A stretch of DNA of 64,000 bases from contig CAXHJY010000689.1 of NCBI GenBank assembly GCA_964016885.1, forward strand, positions 104,146-168,145. The letters are read 5' to 3'. Shown here piece by piece: positions 1-13,649 of the stretch (position 1 is its first letter; every line of letters starts with the position of its first letter). This stretch comes from Eledone cirrhosa (Eukaryota). A model generated the notes under the pieces. That model was not told the DNA's origin. It searched no databases and was given only the letters and a program-made list of their open reading frames with translations. The position numbers were made by a program, and so were the translations under genes.

Positions 1-189
1 ACAGACACATGTACTACGTTTAATGTAATGGGAACAACGTTTATTGATCACTACTTCACAATATAGATATGCGTATATATATATATATATAGTAATAATA
101 AATATGAAGACTAAAATCCGAAGAGGGCTCGATAAGGATTGTGTGTGTGTGTATATATATATATATCAACCCGTAGAGCAAATATTTAT

Positions 190-291
190 TATAAGAACAG
201 ATTAAAGTTTAAGCAAAGAATCGCTGCTTTCACCCTTAACGGGATCTTCTGAAGCAGCGATTCTTTGCTTAAACTTTAATCTGTTCTTATA
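190..291. mobile_element. Fold-back mini-element (40-bp inverted arms) at a (TA)n edge; Penelope-like remnant
   Basis: Arms 190-229 and 252-291 are reverse complements. The minus strand reads c(a)GAAGA-TCCC-gttaa-GGG-T-GAAA (hammerhead-like core broken at the apex), followed by AATAAA. Confidence 0.65.
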
Positions 292-1092
292 TATATATAT
301 ATATAAATGAAAGGTATAGAAAGTATTGTAGCAAGAAGCCAACAGTATTCCATAATATATAAGTGACTATAGCGTCAAAATGGCAAAATAGTGAACGTAA
401 GATGTGGGAAATATATATATATATAAGAAAATACTTTATTTTACAAAGCTATTTATACAAAAACAAAACACAATAGTACAGAGAACAAGAAAAATTGACA
501 TTGAAATTCGGCATGACAGAGTGTATAATAAAGCTAGCCGTTTGAATTACTGTTACAATCAATTCAACGGGCTTTTCATCAGTTTCCGTCTACCAAATCT
601 CTCGCTGGTGGCTTCGGTATACTCGGGGCTATGATAAACGAATCCATCGGCCTTACCGCAACGCTATACGATTATTACATAGACGAGTGTATCAACGTTA
701 AAACGTATTTAATATATTATCATTTCATTTGACTGTTATGTTCAGTGACCATTACAGAATCCACCTTCTTATACGTGTGTGTATGCATATAAAGCCTGAT
801 GTGCTGAGACCCGGGAGACCACAAATATAACCTTGCGTACAGTTCTTCTGTAGCGAAGAATCTATATCTGCCCACGAGGACGTTTCACTGCGTGGAAATC
901 ATAGGTTTCGGAGTAGTACGAATTGTGTGTACATAAAACCCTCCTTCTGACCTAACCCAAAACTAAATCATTACAAGAGTGCGCTTAATTAACAACCCAT
1001 TCGATAGAAAACTTTCATTCGTATTGCATCTATCTGAAGATTGTGCTGTTTTGCATGAAACTTATCATTAAAAATATAATATCTACTATATA

Positions 1093-1123
<31 letters not shown>

Positions 1124-1124
<1 letters not shown>

Positions 1125-1778
1125 CTAGCAGTGGTACCCGGCGTTGCACGTGATAAGGTATTTTGGAACGCAAGCCGCCAACAGACCTAATCGTCGAAAA
1201 ACTGCATGCGTGGACAATATGTAAAGAAAATAAACCGAATACTCTGATGGCTGGATAATCTTTAAGATTTTCCTCGGTGAAGTAGGAAAAATGCAGGTTT
1301 TCACTTAGGGGATCAAGAAAATGAATTTTTTTTATGTGCATAATATGCCTTGAAATTTTGGGAAAATCGGCTAGACGTAACACCTCAAAAAAAACCCTAA
1401 AGAGCTGAAAATATGAAATTTTTCACCAAATGCTGGCCCTAGGCCATAAAAAAGTTGGATTTTCTTTGCTCACGGTATGAAGAAGAGACTGACTAATACT
1501 TAGTTACAATTTCAAGGAAATCGGTCTGACGTAACGCCTCAAAAAAACCCTATAAAAAGCTAAAAAACGCATTTATTCACATAATGCTAAGGGATCAAAA
1601 AGTTGGATTTTTTAATGTGCATAACACTCCCTGAAACATAATACACATGTAAAGTTTGAAAAAAATCGGTTGGGTACTTCTCGAGTTTTAGGGATTCAAA
1701 CTCACACACACACGCACACACACACGCACACACACACACGCACACACACACACACACGCACACACGCACGCACACACG

Positions 1779-1841
<63 letters not shown>

Positions 1842-1850
1842 CCTCAGTTT

Positions 1851-1860
<10 letters not shown>
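1124..1860 (-). mobile_element. Non-autonomous Helitron (Lep1-like) carrying a (CA)n tract
   Basis: ACTAG terminus at ~1124 next to the subterminal hairpin-like CCCGGCGTTGCACGTG. Internal diverged repeats (gggatcaa...tgtgcataa at ~1308 and ~1590), (CA)n at 1703-1840, and an end in TTTTATATATA. Confidence 0.6.
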
Positions 1861-1889
<29 letters not shown>

Positions 1890-2236
1890 ATACTATTAAA
1901 ACTCTGTGATTGTGTACTTGTCTGTAATGTAATACAGCCAAAACGGCGCATAATGGGAAAATACTTTGAAAGGAAGTTGACCCTGAAATGCGCATGCACA
2001 TGGAATAAAACGGGTTCCAGAGATAAATAGAGTGAGAGAAAGATAGAGAGAAGGATAGTGGTTGTGAGAGAGTAGATTGAGAGAGAGACATAGAGATAGA
2101 GGGCGAGACAGAGAAGGAAAATAGAGAAAATAGAAAAAAGAGAGAGCGGTGGTGTTGTTGAATGTAATTATAACAAGTCATTTCAAAGCATCGAATACAT
2201 TTGAACGTGATTCACGGGTGGGTCACGGGTGGTCTA

Positions 2237-2293
<57 letters not shown>

Positions 2294-2539
2294 CGTGTGT
2301 CTGTGTGTGTGTGTGTGTGTGTGTGCGTGCGTGTGTCTGTGTGTGTGTGTGTCTGTATGTGTAGTGGGGGCGAGGGAGATAGTAATTCATCTTTCTATGT
2401 AAATATAGCCTAAATATGCAGAAGTTATTTATTAGAAACCTAAAAATGATGTATGTCTGTGTGGATCTCTGTATGCATGTTAACATTCTATAAATACCTC
2501 AATTTATATTTGCATAAAGCACGTAGATACCTACGTACA

Positions 2540-2588
<49 letters not shown>

Positions 2589-2784
2589 GGGGGGGGCATT
2601 ATATATATAAAGATCCGGGCAATGTTTTGTTGAAGATCAACAGTCGCCCATGTATGTCAGTTTCCCCTCTCTTTGCCTCCGGTTCCGTCCAAGGATAAAG
2701 CAAAGACCGATACTGCCGGGAACGAATGACGTCACAACACAAATGAGTTATGACGTCACTGATTAAACTAGAGCAACGTGATAT

Positions 2785-2888
2785 AAAGTGTGTTGCACAA
2801 AGACACAACGCGCTGTCCGGTACGGGAATAGAACTGACAACCTTACAATTGTGAGCTCAACGCTCTAACCACTAAGTCACGCGCCTTC
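2785..2888 (-). mobile_element. tRNA-derived SINE 5' head
   Basis: Reverse complement begins GAAGGCG..TGACTTAGTGG (A box) and has a degenerate B box (GTTCTATTCC); homologous to the copy at 2949. Confidence 0.65.
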
Positions 2889-2894
2889 GCGCGC

Positions 2895-2948
<54 letters not shown>

Positions 2949-2951
<3 letters not shown>

Positions 2952-3210
2952 GGCGAATGGCTTAGTGGTTAGAGCATTGGGCTTGCAATCGAAAGGTTGT
3001 GAGTTCAATTCTCGGACTGAGTGATGTGTTGTTTCCTTGAGCAAGACACTTTATTTCACGTTGCTCCAGTTTACTCAGCTGTAGAAATGAGTACCGGCCT
3101 GCCCGCCCAGCCAGTGGGATGGCGTTATCTTATGGCTAAAACAGCACGACGTGCTGTGACCAGCGGCGCCGATTGGCGCCCGACAGACTGGTCGGTCAGG
3201 GTGATCAAGA
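2949..3210 (+). mobile_element. tRNA-derived SINE
   Basis: A box TGGCTTAGTGG, B box GAGTTCAATTC, then the body TCCTTGAGCAAGACACTT...AAATGAGTACC typical of mollusc SINEs. Confidence 0.75.
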
Positions 3211-3249
<39 letters not shown>

Positions 3250-3653
3250 ATTTTATTTTATTTTATTTTATTTTTCATTTTATATCACACTAATGCAATA
3301 ACAGCGGCGTGTCACCCAGAGAGACTCTATACGGTCTCTCGATATGCTAATATTAGCAACCATATACCATCAAATGCATCGAGGAAGCTACATTGGCGTA
3401 AATGTTTTCCCTGATATACAATGAGACATGATGTTCACGTTTGGAATAGCTTTGATCATATGTCTACTCAATCAAAGCTGACCTAGGGCTAAACAACAGT
3501 GACAATCAACCATGTTCAACAATATAGATGTAACAAGAATAATATGCAGACTCTGCTTCATTTGACTTCATATTTGTGCAACTACTATCATTGTTGCTGT
3601 ATTGCACTAGTTTCTACTACTGCAGCTTAGTGCTGCTGATAATGATTATAGTG

Positions 3654-6200
3654 ATGATGGTGGTGGTGGTGGTGGTGGTGGTAGTGGTGGTGGTGGTGGT
3701 GGTGGTGGTGGTAGACATGATGGTGGTGGTGATGGTGGTGGTGGTGGTGATTGTGGTAGACATGATGGTGGTGGTGGTGGTGGTGGTGGTGGTGATTGTG
3801 GTAGACATGATGGTGGTGGTGGTGGTGGTGGTGGTGATTGTGGTAGACATGATGGTGGTGGTGGTAAGGATGATGATGATGGTAGTGGTGGTGGTGATTG
3901 TGGTAGACATGGTGGTGGTAAGGATGATGATGATGGTAGTGGTGGTGGTGATTGTGGTAGACATGGTGGTGGTAAGGATGATGATGATGGTGGTGGTGAT
4001 TGTGGTAGACATGGTGGTGGTGGTGGTGGTGGTAGAGATGATGATGATGGTGGTGGTGGTGATTGTGATAGACATGGTGGTGGTGGTGGTAAGGATGATG
4101 ATGATGGTGTTGGTGGTGGTGATTGTGGTAGACATGGTGGTGGTGGTGGTGGTAAGGATGATGATGATGGTGGTGGTGGTGGTGATTGTGGTAGACATGG
4201 TGGTGGTGGTGATTGTGGTAGACATGGTGGTGGTGGTAAGGATGATGATGATGGTGGTGATTGTGATAGACATGGTGGTGGTGGTGGTGGTAAGGATGAT
4301 GATGATGGTGGTGCTGGTGGTGATTGTGGTAGACATGGTGGTGGTGGTGGTGGTGGTGATTGTGGTAGACATGGTGGTGGTGGTGGTGATTGTGGTAGAC
4401 ATGGTGGTGGTGGTGGTGGTAAGGATGATGATGATGGTGGTGGTGGTAGAGATGATGATGGTGGTGGTGGTGGTGATTGTGGTAGACATGGTGGTGGTGG
4501 TGGTGGTGGTAGAGATGATGATGATGGTGGTGGTGGTGATTGTGATAGACATGGTGGTGGTGGTGGTAAGGATGATGATGATGGTGTTGGTGGTGGTGAT
4601 TGTGGTAGACATGGTGGTGGTGGTGGTGGTAAGGATGATGATGATGGTGGTGGTGGTAGAGATGATGATGGTGGTGGTGGTGGTGATTGTGGTAGACATG
4701 GTGGTGGTGGTAAGGATGATGATGATGGTGGTGATTGTGATAGACATGGTGGTGGTGGTGGTGGTAAGGATGATGATGATGGTGGTGGTGGTGGTGATTG
4801 TGGTAGACATGGTGGTGGTGGTGGTGGTAAGGATGATGATGATGGTGGTGGTGGTAGAGATGATGATGGTGGTGGTGGTGGTGATTGTGGTAGACATGGT
4901 GGTGGTGGTAAGGATGATGATGATGGTGGTGATTGTGATAGACATGGTGGTGGTGGTGGTGGTAAGGATGATGATGATGGTGGTGGTGGTGTTGGTAGAG
5001 ATGATGATGGTGGTGGTGGTGGTGATTGTGGTAGACATGGTGGTGGTGGTGATTGTGGTAGACATGGTGGTGGTGGTGGTGATTGTGGTAGACATGGTGG
5101 TGGTGGTGGTGGTGATTGTGGTAGACATGGTGGTGGTGTTGGTGGTGATTGTGGTAGACATGGTGGTGGTGTTGGTGGTGATTGTGGTAGACATGGTGGT
5201 GGTGGTGGTGGTGATTGTGGTAGACATGGTGGTGGTGGTGGTGGTGATTGTGGTAGACATGGTGGTGGTGGTGGTGGTGATTGTGGTAGACATGGTGGTG
5301 GTGTTGGTGGTGATTGTGGTAGACATGGTGGTGGTGGTGGTGGTGATTGTGGTAGACATGGTGGTGGTGGTGGTGGTGATTGTGGTAGACATGGTGGTGG
5401 TGGTGGTGGTGATTGTGGTAGACATGGTGGTGGTGTTGGTGGTGATTGTGGTAGACATGGTGGTGGTGGTGGTGGTGATTGTGGTAGACATGGTGGTGGT
5501 GGTGGTGGTGATTGTGGTAGACATGGTGGTGGTGGTGGTGGTGATTGTGGTAGACATGGTGGTGGTGTTGGTGGTGATTGTGGTAGACATGGTGGTGGTG
5601 CTGGTGTAAGGATGATGATGATGATGGTGGTAGACATGGTGGTGGTGGTAAGGATGATGATGATGGTAGTGGTGGTGGTAGAGGTGATGATGGTGGTGGT
5701 GGTTAAGATTATAATTATATTGATGGGAGAGGGCGAAGGTCGCAAGGTTGTGATGATAATAGTGATGGTGGTGGTAAGGATGGTGATGGTGGTGTTGGTG
5801 GTGGTAGAGATGGTGATGGTGCTGATGGTAAGGATGATGATGGTGGTGGTAGAGATGAAGACGGAAGTGGTGGTGGTAGAGATGATAATTATATTGATGG
5901 AAGAGGGGGGAGGGTGGCATGGACCGTGTTTGTGATGATAATGGTGATGGTGGGGAAGATCGCGGTGGTGATCAGGATGCGAGTGATGGTGGTGGGGGCA
6001 AAAAGGATGATGATGATGATGGCGGATGGTAGGAAGAACAGTGGTGATGATGATGGTGATCATGATGATGCTGTTGGTGATAATGATGTTGAGGGAAGTG
6101 TTTGGTGGGGAAATGATGGTTGTGATCATGATGCTTATGATATGGTAGACAATGATGATGATGATGAACTTCGTGGTAGTGTGGTAATGGTAGTAGTGTT
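3654..6200. repeat. (GGT)n/(GAT)n-based minisatellite, core GTGATTGTGGTAGACATG(GTG)n
   Basis: Dozens of tandem units of roughly 24-60 bp from 3654-5610, with a degenerate flank to ~6200. Confidence 0.95.
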
Positions 6201-6222
6201 ATTGGTTTTAGGGGAGGTAACT

Positions 6223-6405
6223 ATAATTATTTCTACTTTTGGCACAAGGCCAGCAATTATCGCAGTGCATTACTGGTACTTTATTTTATCGACCCCGTAA
6301 GGATGAAAGGCAAAGTTAACCTCGGCGGGATTCGAACTCAGATTATAAAGGGGCGTAACTCTTTGCTGCAAAGCATGGTGTCCGACCCTCTACCGATACT
6401 GCCAA
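6223..6405 (-). mobile_element. Nin-domain tRNA-derived SINE
   Basis: Reverse complement has TGGCAGTATCGG (A-box-like), GAGTTCGAATCC (B box) and the Nin-like core ACTTTGCCTTTCATCC..GGGGTCGATAAAATAAAGTACCAG. Confidence 0.85.
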
Positions 6406-6563
6406 TGGTGGTAAGAATCGTGATGGTGATCATGTTTATGCTGGTTGTAAAGATGATGGAGGGGTGGTCACGATGATGTTTAAGGTGTTATTGCTGTTGT
6501 TGGCATTTTGGAAATTTCAATTCCAACTATTTTTTTAATATGATGATCCTAATACGTTACTGC

Positions 6564-6735
6564 AGGCGGCGAATTGGCAGAGTCGTTTGAACGTTGGATA
6601 GAATGTTCTCCGGTATTCGTTTCGAATCTCTGCTATCTGAGTTTACATTCCGCGGAGGTCAACGGAGGTCAACTTTGCCTTTCATCCATTTGAGGTCGAT
6701 AAAAAGTACCAGTTTGGTACTGGGATAGATTCATC
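6564..6735 (+). mobile_element. Nin-domain SINE
   Basis: GGCGGCGAATTGGCAGAGTCGTT...GGTCAACTTTGCCTTTCATCC...GTCGATAAAAAGTACCAG. Confidence 0.8.
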
Positions 6736-7077
6736 CACTGTATGTTTCTCACTCACTATACTTTCTCTGGAAAGAAGTCTGTTGTATTCAGACCTGGAGA
6801 GGTGAGCGGTTCCACCAAGTGTTTTTATTCAAATGCTCAGAAGTTATGGGACGAGACAAAGAGAGAATACGTTACTTTAACAAAACTTATATTAATGTTG
6901 ATCTAATTAGGCCTCACGTCAAATCTGATTGAGCAAACATATAATGAAAGTTATTCCATTCGAGCCTCATCCGACATCTTATTGTTTGATATTAAGGTGA
7001 TTTGGAAGCTATTTCTAGCATGTCAAGTGATCACGTAGAGACTCCCCCATTAGTTCGTTGCAGCTATTATTGTTGGG

Positions 7078-7285
7078 ATTGGCAGAGCCGTTAGAGCATC
7101 GTACAAAATGTTTAGTGATATTTAGTCTGCTCTTTATGTTCTGATTTCAAATCCCGCCCGCCGAGGTTAGCTTTGCATTTCCTCCTTAGAGAGTCAATAA
7201 CAAAACGTACCAGTACCATACTGTGGTCGATGTAATCAAATTTCCCCTCTCCACAAAAAATGCTGGTGTTGTGTCTAAATCATTA
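7078..7285 (+). mobile_element. Nin-domain SINE (diverged)
   Basis: TTGGCAGAGCCGTTAGAGCATCG head and a degenerate core with ...GTACCAG..GGTCGATGTAATC. Confidence 0.7.
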
Positions 7286-7397
7286 TTGCTGGAGTTGTTG
7301 CTTAGCCCTGGATCAGCACAGATCTAGAAGACCTATAATCAAAAGTCTATCACATTTCCATTTCAGGCATATTGCAGCAAAGACACTTTGAACTTTA

Positions 7398-7830
7398 GCA
7401 GATTCGTTAGAGCATCGGACAAAATACCTTAAGGCATTTGTTTGTCTGATTCTGAGTTTCAATTATGGCTTTATTAGGTTAACTTTGTATCCTTCAATGG
7501 TCGATAAAAGTCGCTGGACAGATTTATGGGCAAAACCAGCCGGCAGGTGACCCGGGGGGTAAACCCCAAGCAAGTTGATTAGATAACATCCATGAACTCG
7601 GCTGGTCTTGCTTGCTGATCCAGCCGAAACAAATTGGAGATGGTTGCTTCCAACAGGACTCGCTGGAGGGAGTGTTTGAGGACCCCACGACCTTCTCATG
7701 AATAAGTGGACGAAGAAGAAGCAGACGAAGAAAAGAAGGGTCGAAAAGATAAAATACCAGCCAAATACCTGGTTTGATTTAATCAGTTTTCTTCTCCACT
7801 TAGATTTTTCTCTCTCTGTTTAAATTAAAA
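7398..7830 (+). mobile_element. Nin-domain SINE interrupted by an RTE 3' fragment
   Basis: SINE head and core run to GGTCGATAAAAG (~7510) and resume at GGTCGAAAAGATAAAATACCAG (~7739). Confidence 0.65.
7511..7737 (+). mobile_element. RTE-clade LINE 3' end with (GAA)n tail
   Basis: Decayed translation KPAGR*PGGKPQAS*LDNIHELGWSCL..VASNRTRWRECL resembles the RTE ORF C-terminus (GRP..W / DR..WR). Ends in GAAGAAGAAG. Related copy at ~53195-53407. Confidence 0.7.
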
Positions 7831-8117
7831 TTCATTACTTTTAAAATGACAAGGAACGATTTGAGGGAAATTTTGCTGCTATTTCTAGCGTAAGACATAT
7901 CCATGTAGAAACTCACGTGATAGCTTGTTGCAATCATTATTGTTCATGGTTATGCTCATCAAGTAGACGTGTGGCCAGAGGTGTTCCGGTTGTGATAATA
8001 TCATCCACAATTTCTGACATTGTATAGCTAGGACTACATTATTTAATGTCTCCTATTGTAGTAAATTCGTATTGTTGTTGTTTTTGCCATTGTGGTTAAC
8101 TTGCTGTTGGTGCACAT

Positions 8118-8132
8118 ACAGCCACCAACACC

Positions 8133-8229
<97 letters not shown>

Positions 8230-9047
8230 CTGCTGCTGCCGCTTTGTTAATATTACTGGTGCTGCTATAACAAAATTGCAGCTACTGCTTTTGCTAGTGT
8301 TGCAGCAACTGCTGCAGCTACTGATGTTGTTGGTGATGTTGATGCAATGTATTTGTAGTCCGTGCACCTAACTACCATAAGTGCAGTGTTGCTGTTACTG
8401 TTGTAATGTCAAATTCTGCAGCTACTGCAATCTATCATAATATTGCAGTTATTTCTGTTGTCATCAACTGCTGTACTATTGTTTGTTTGTTTTATTGTTG
8501 TTTGTTAGTGTAACTGCAATTGCTATTGCACCTGCATATTTTGATGTCAGTGCGATTGTAGCTCTATGTTTGCTGTTGCAGCTAGACTTCTGCTGTTGTT
8601 GTTGCTGTTCATTGTAGTGGTTGTAACAGTGGTGTTGTTGTTGCTGCTGTTCGTGGTGGTCGTTGTGATTGTGATGTTGTTGTTGTCGTTAGTAATAATG
8701 GTGGTTGTGCTGTCGGGTCGGGGTGGTGTTGTTTATGGTGTTAGTGCAATTGTAGCTCTATATGTATTGTTGCAGCTAGTCTTCTACTGCTGCTGTTGTT
8801 GTCGTTCGTTGTAGTTGTGATGGATTAGCTGTGGTGATGGTGGTATTGTTAATGGTGTTGTTATTGTTGTTGGTGTTAATGGTGGTGGTGGTGGTGGTGG
8901 TAACGGTGGTGTTTGTGTTGTTGATGTTGCTTCTGCTATTGGCTTTGATTTTGTTATTGTTTTTTTTTTGCGTTAGTGATGCTGTTGAATTGTTTCTGTT
9001 GTTAGTGGTGGTGGTGATTTTCATGGTTCCTACTACTACTACTACTG

Positions 9048-9098
<51 letters not shown>

Positions 9099-9100
9099 TA
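8118..9100. repeat. Compound triplet microsatellites (CAC, TAC, TGC, GTT, TAC)
   Basis: Directly visible; source of the poly-H/Y/C/V/T ORFs in the track. Confidence 0.85.
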
Positions 9101-9879
9101 TGGTCAATGGATCTGCTGGAATTAGCACACATATTTCCCTTCCAAACACATTCTTAGAACAGAACAAAAAAAATCGGATACATTAGTTAATGTAGTCTTA
9201 GATATACTCTGCCTGAAAATACGACGGTATGGCCTCGGCTGGAACGCCATTGATCTTAGGGTTTCGGGATGGAAGACGATCGTAGTTTAAGACACATCAA
9301 CCGCAATAGGAAATTACAACAACTGCAGCCACCACAACAACAACATCATTATCAACTACAGGAACAACACAACGACAACAACATCAACAGTAACATCAAC
9401 ATCAACTACAACAACAATAACAAATATTTCTATTATTGATGCAGCTTCAATTGTTATGTCTATAAATGCAGCTGTAGTTGTTGAAATTTTAGTGCAGTTG
9501 TTATAATGTTGTTTGTTGTCATCATAAACATTATTATTATTGTTATTACTATTATTATTATTATTATTACTATTTTCAAAATAGCTGCTCTTGAAATTGC
9601 AGTTATGTTTTTGTTGTTGAGGGGGGTAGGGGAGTATGATGCTGCAACAGTTGACTTGAAGTTAGTCGGTGCAGCTACTACTATGATTAAATGTGTTTCT
9701 CTTGCTGCACAAGTCACTGCATTTGGGAATTTTTGTTATCGCTTCAAATCTGTTTCAGATGTTATCGACGTTGTTATTTAAACCGACGTCAAATCAGAAA
9801 CTGTTATTTAAGCCTAGATCATCGTTCAGTGAACCTCTGATCAAAATTATTCTAGTCATGGTGGCTGTGCTGTTGTTAT

Positions 9880-10660
9880 GATTGTTATTGTTGTGGTTAT
9901 TATGACTTGTTCTATTTTGATTCTTGTTGGTGTTAGAATTGTTGAGCTGTTATGATACTTGCTGTGTTATGATTGTTGTTATGATTCTTGTTGGTGTTAA
10001 AATTGTTGAGCTGTTATGATACTTGCCGTGTTATGATTGTTGTTATGATTCTTGTTGGTGTTAAAATTGTTGAGCTGTTATGATACTTGGTGTGTTATGA
10101 TACTTGTTGTGTTATGATTGTTGTTATGATTCTTGTTGGTGTTAGAATTGTTGAGATGTTATGATACTTGTGTTATGATTGGTGTTATGATTCTTGTTGG
10201 TGTTAGAATTGATGAGATGTTAAGATACTTGTGTTATGATTGGTGTTATGATTCTTGTTGGTGTTAGAATTGTTGAGCTGTTATGATATTTGTGTTATGA
10301 TTGGTGTTATGATTCTTGTTGGTGTTAGAATTGTTGAGATGTTATGATACTTGTGTTATGATTTGTGTTATGATTCTTGTTGGCGTTAAAATTGTTGAGC
10401 TGTTATGATACTTGTTGTGTTATGATTGTTGTTATGATTCTTGTTGGTGTTAGAATTGTTGAGATGTTATGATACTTGTGTTATGATTGGTGTTATGATT
10501 CTTGTTGGTGTTAGAATTGTTGAGATGTTATGATACTTGTGTTATGATTGGTGTTATGATTCTTGTTGGTGTTAGAATTGTTGAGCTGTTATGATATTTG
10601 TGTTATGATTGGTGTTATGATTCTTGTTGGTGTTAGAATTGTTGAGCTGTTATGATTGTA
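9880..10660. repeat. ~61-64 bp minisatellite (TTATGATTCTTGTTGGTGTTAGAATTGTTGAG...)
   Basis: About 12 tandem units with measured 61-bp spacing. Confidence 0.95.
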
Positions 10661-10997
10661 GTGCTGTTATGGTGAGGTGTATTTCTCTTGCCATTGTACT
10701 TACTGCTGCTGTTACACCTTTGACAGCGACAACAAAAATCTGCAAATCATAGGACTTCCTTCCTAATTGGTGTATGATAATTGTGACGTCAAAACTAGAC
10801 CGATCGATAGAAGCGCTACACATACACACACACACACACACACACATGCACACACAACCATACATATATATACAGATACATATACAAACAAATACGTGCG
10901 CGTGCACTTAATAATATTTTGATACCTTCAGGACCTCTGTTTGTTTCTGGGTTTTCATATATTCCCCTCCCCTCTCTTTCTCTCTCTCACTCATTTT

Positions 10998-11070
<73 letters not shown>

Positions 11071-11764
11071 CTCTTTATATATTTGATATGTCTAATATGT
11101 GAATATACTTGCATTTTGCTACACATGTACTTCTCTTTCTCTCACTTTCTCTTTCTCCCTCTCTCTTTATCTTACTCCCCCTCCCTTTCTCTTACTCCCC
11201 CTCCCTTTCTCTTACTCCCCCTCCCTTTCTCTTACTCCCCCTCCCTTATCTATCTCCCCCTCCCTTCTCTCTCTCTTTCTCCTCTGTATATATATATATA
11301 TAAAACGAAGAAAGCCAAGGTTAGCAAATTAAATCAATTTTTTAATATCTATGTTCGTTTCTATAGAGATGATAATGATACATGCATATGTAAACAATAA
11401 ATTACTCAGAAACAGTTAATTAACAATTGTTTACACTAAGCAGAAAACATATAACACCCGCATATCATTAGGAATTATTAAAAAGGAATGAATTTAACTA
11501 AATACAAATGTTGAACATTAGGAAGCACAGTGAAGCAGGGTAGAAGTAGAAAATTGTAATTGTGTTTTTAGGTTGAAGAAAAAGGTATTACATCTTAGTA
11601 ATAATATTATTATTTCTTATAATTGTTAGAAGAATGTTCATTAGTGGTAGTCAAATAATATAAATACAGAGAAAAGTTAAAAGTAAGAAGCAAAAATAGT
11701 TCAGAGGCCGCAATAGTAATTAGTTTTCGTGTTAATGGGATATACAATATGTAGAAACATACTA

Positions 11765-12040
11765 ATTATTAAAATAAAGTACCAGTAATGTACTGGGTAA
11801 TTGATGGCCTTGTGCCAAAAGTAGAAACAATTATTATTACTATAATTGGATTGGCAGTATCGGTAGAGGGTCGGACGCCATGCTTTCCAGCATAGTTACG
11901 TCCCTTTACGATCTGAGTTCAAATCCCGCCGAGGTTGACTTTGCCTTTCATCCTTACCGGGTCGATAAAATAAAGTACCAGTAATGCACTGGGTAATTGC
12001 TGGCCTTGTGCCTAAAGTAGAAACAATTATTACTATAATT
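11765..12040 (+). mobile_element. Nin-domain SINE preceded by a partial duplicate of its 3' part
   Basis: Full copy ~11850-12030. The segment TAAAATAAAGTACCAG..GTAGAAACAATTATT is also present at 11770-11835. Confidence 0.85.
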
Positions 12041-12361
12041 AGCCAGGTTCCCTCTTTCCAATATAAAGATCAGAAGTAGAGGACATCATACTATTTGGCA
12101 ATCTCAGGCCTTCAAATTTCCGATTTCTCGCGGCAAATTCAAATCTTGAAGCGGTGTTGTTAAACTTAGCGGTGTATCGCTTCGTAAAGTAACCTGTTTG
12201 ATTTTTTACCTCCGTTTCAGCGTGTCTATTTATAATTATGCTATTTAATGAATTAAATATTTAAAGAATTAAAAATCAATGACGAAGCAAAGCTACTCCA
12301 CATTAACCTCACTACCAAATTTCATGAGTCACTAATATAAACTTCCACCTGCCTTAAGAAA

Positions 12362-12532
12362 TAATTGTTTCTACGTTTGGCACAAGGCCAGCAATCAACC
12401 AGTGCATCACTGGTACTTTATTTTATCGACCCCGTAAGGATGAAAGGCAAAGTTAACCTCGACGAGATTTGAACTCAGATCGTAAAAGGACGTAACTATG
12501 CTGGAAAGCATGGCGTCCGACCTTCTACCGAG
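12362..12532 (-). mobile_element. Nin-domain SINE (inverted relative to the 11850 copy)
   Basis: Close reverse complement of 11857-12030. Confidence 0.85.
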
Positions 12533-13049
12533 AAATAATAACGGGAAAATACGGTAGAAATTTAGATGACAGATAGGTCACAATATAGCATATAATAAAA
12601 CTGTTACAATTTTCCCTTACAAAAATAGTAATAGCGTATTAATTAACAACATTCAATGCCAAGTAAGTATAATCTTATAGAGAAGCGAGCCGAATAACTA
12701 AGAAATCCCACCAACGTAGCTGTTGAATGAAAACATTCTATCAGTTAAGCAATGTCTCTCATTCCTTTTGTAATAGACATAACTGGAGTGATACACAACT
12801 ATTTCTATAAAGACATTGATAGATAGAGACACGTTCCAGAAAGTAATAATAATAGTCTGTTAACATTTTTAGGGTATTCTCACATTGCAGTTATTAACCT
12901 TGAACATCTGCGTTACCCTTCATCAATTTCATCCATATTTCATAAAATGTACCTAATTCTGGTTTAAAAAAAGGGGGTATTCTTGATGGGATTTTTCTGA
13001 CCATGGATAATGGCTTCTAACAAAAGCGCATGGTCACAACATTGTGAGT

Positions 13050-13420
13050 AGGGGATAGCCCGAGTAAATCGACTGGTTCTTTATTTCGTCTAACCCCGAA
13101 GACTGAAAGGCAATATTTAATCTCGATGTCATTTGAATTCAGAACCTAAAACACTGAAATCAATACCACGAGGTATTTTATCCGAGGTTAAAATCATGAA
13201 TAAAATATGAAAACTGTTTCTATCATTGGCACATGGCAAGCAATTTGGAGAAAGGGAAAAGTCAATTATATCGACCCCCGGCGCTTAACTGATGCTTTAT
13301 TTTAACTAACCACGAAGGCTAAATGGCAATGTCAACCTCGGTGTGATTTCAACTCAGAAAGTAAAGTCCCGAGATAAATACTACAAGGCTTTTTTATCAG
13401 ACGAATAACGATTATACGAA
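13050..13420 (-). mobile_element. Two diverged Nin-domain SINE copies
   Basis: Degenerate ..GAAAGGCAA..CTCG..ATTTGAATTCAGAAC and ..GGCAATGTCAACCTCGG..TTTCAACTCAGAA motifs. Confidence 0.6.
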
Positions 13421-13571
13421 TCCCAAACCATACGTAATAAGTAATAATAATATATTTCCCAATAGTGATGAAATAGCAAGAACGTGTACAGTACAAAACT
13501 AAAGAATGTAAATATATATATATATATACACACACACACACGCACACACGCACACACACACGCACACACAC

Positions 13572-13633
<62 letters not shown>

Positions 13634-13649
13634 CTCTCTCTCTATATAT

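Noticed and set aside
3576-6300. Long ORFs of 677-827 aa (poly-V/M, poly-T, poly-P)
   Set aside because: Translations of a GGT-based minisatellite, open in several frames on both strands, with no domain content.
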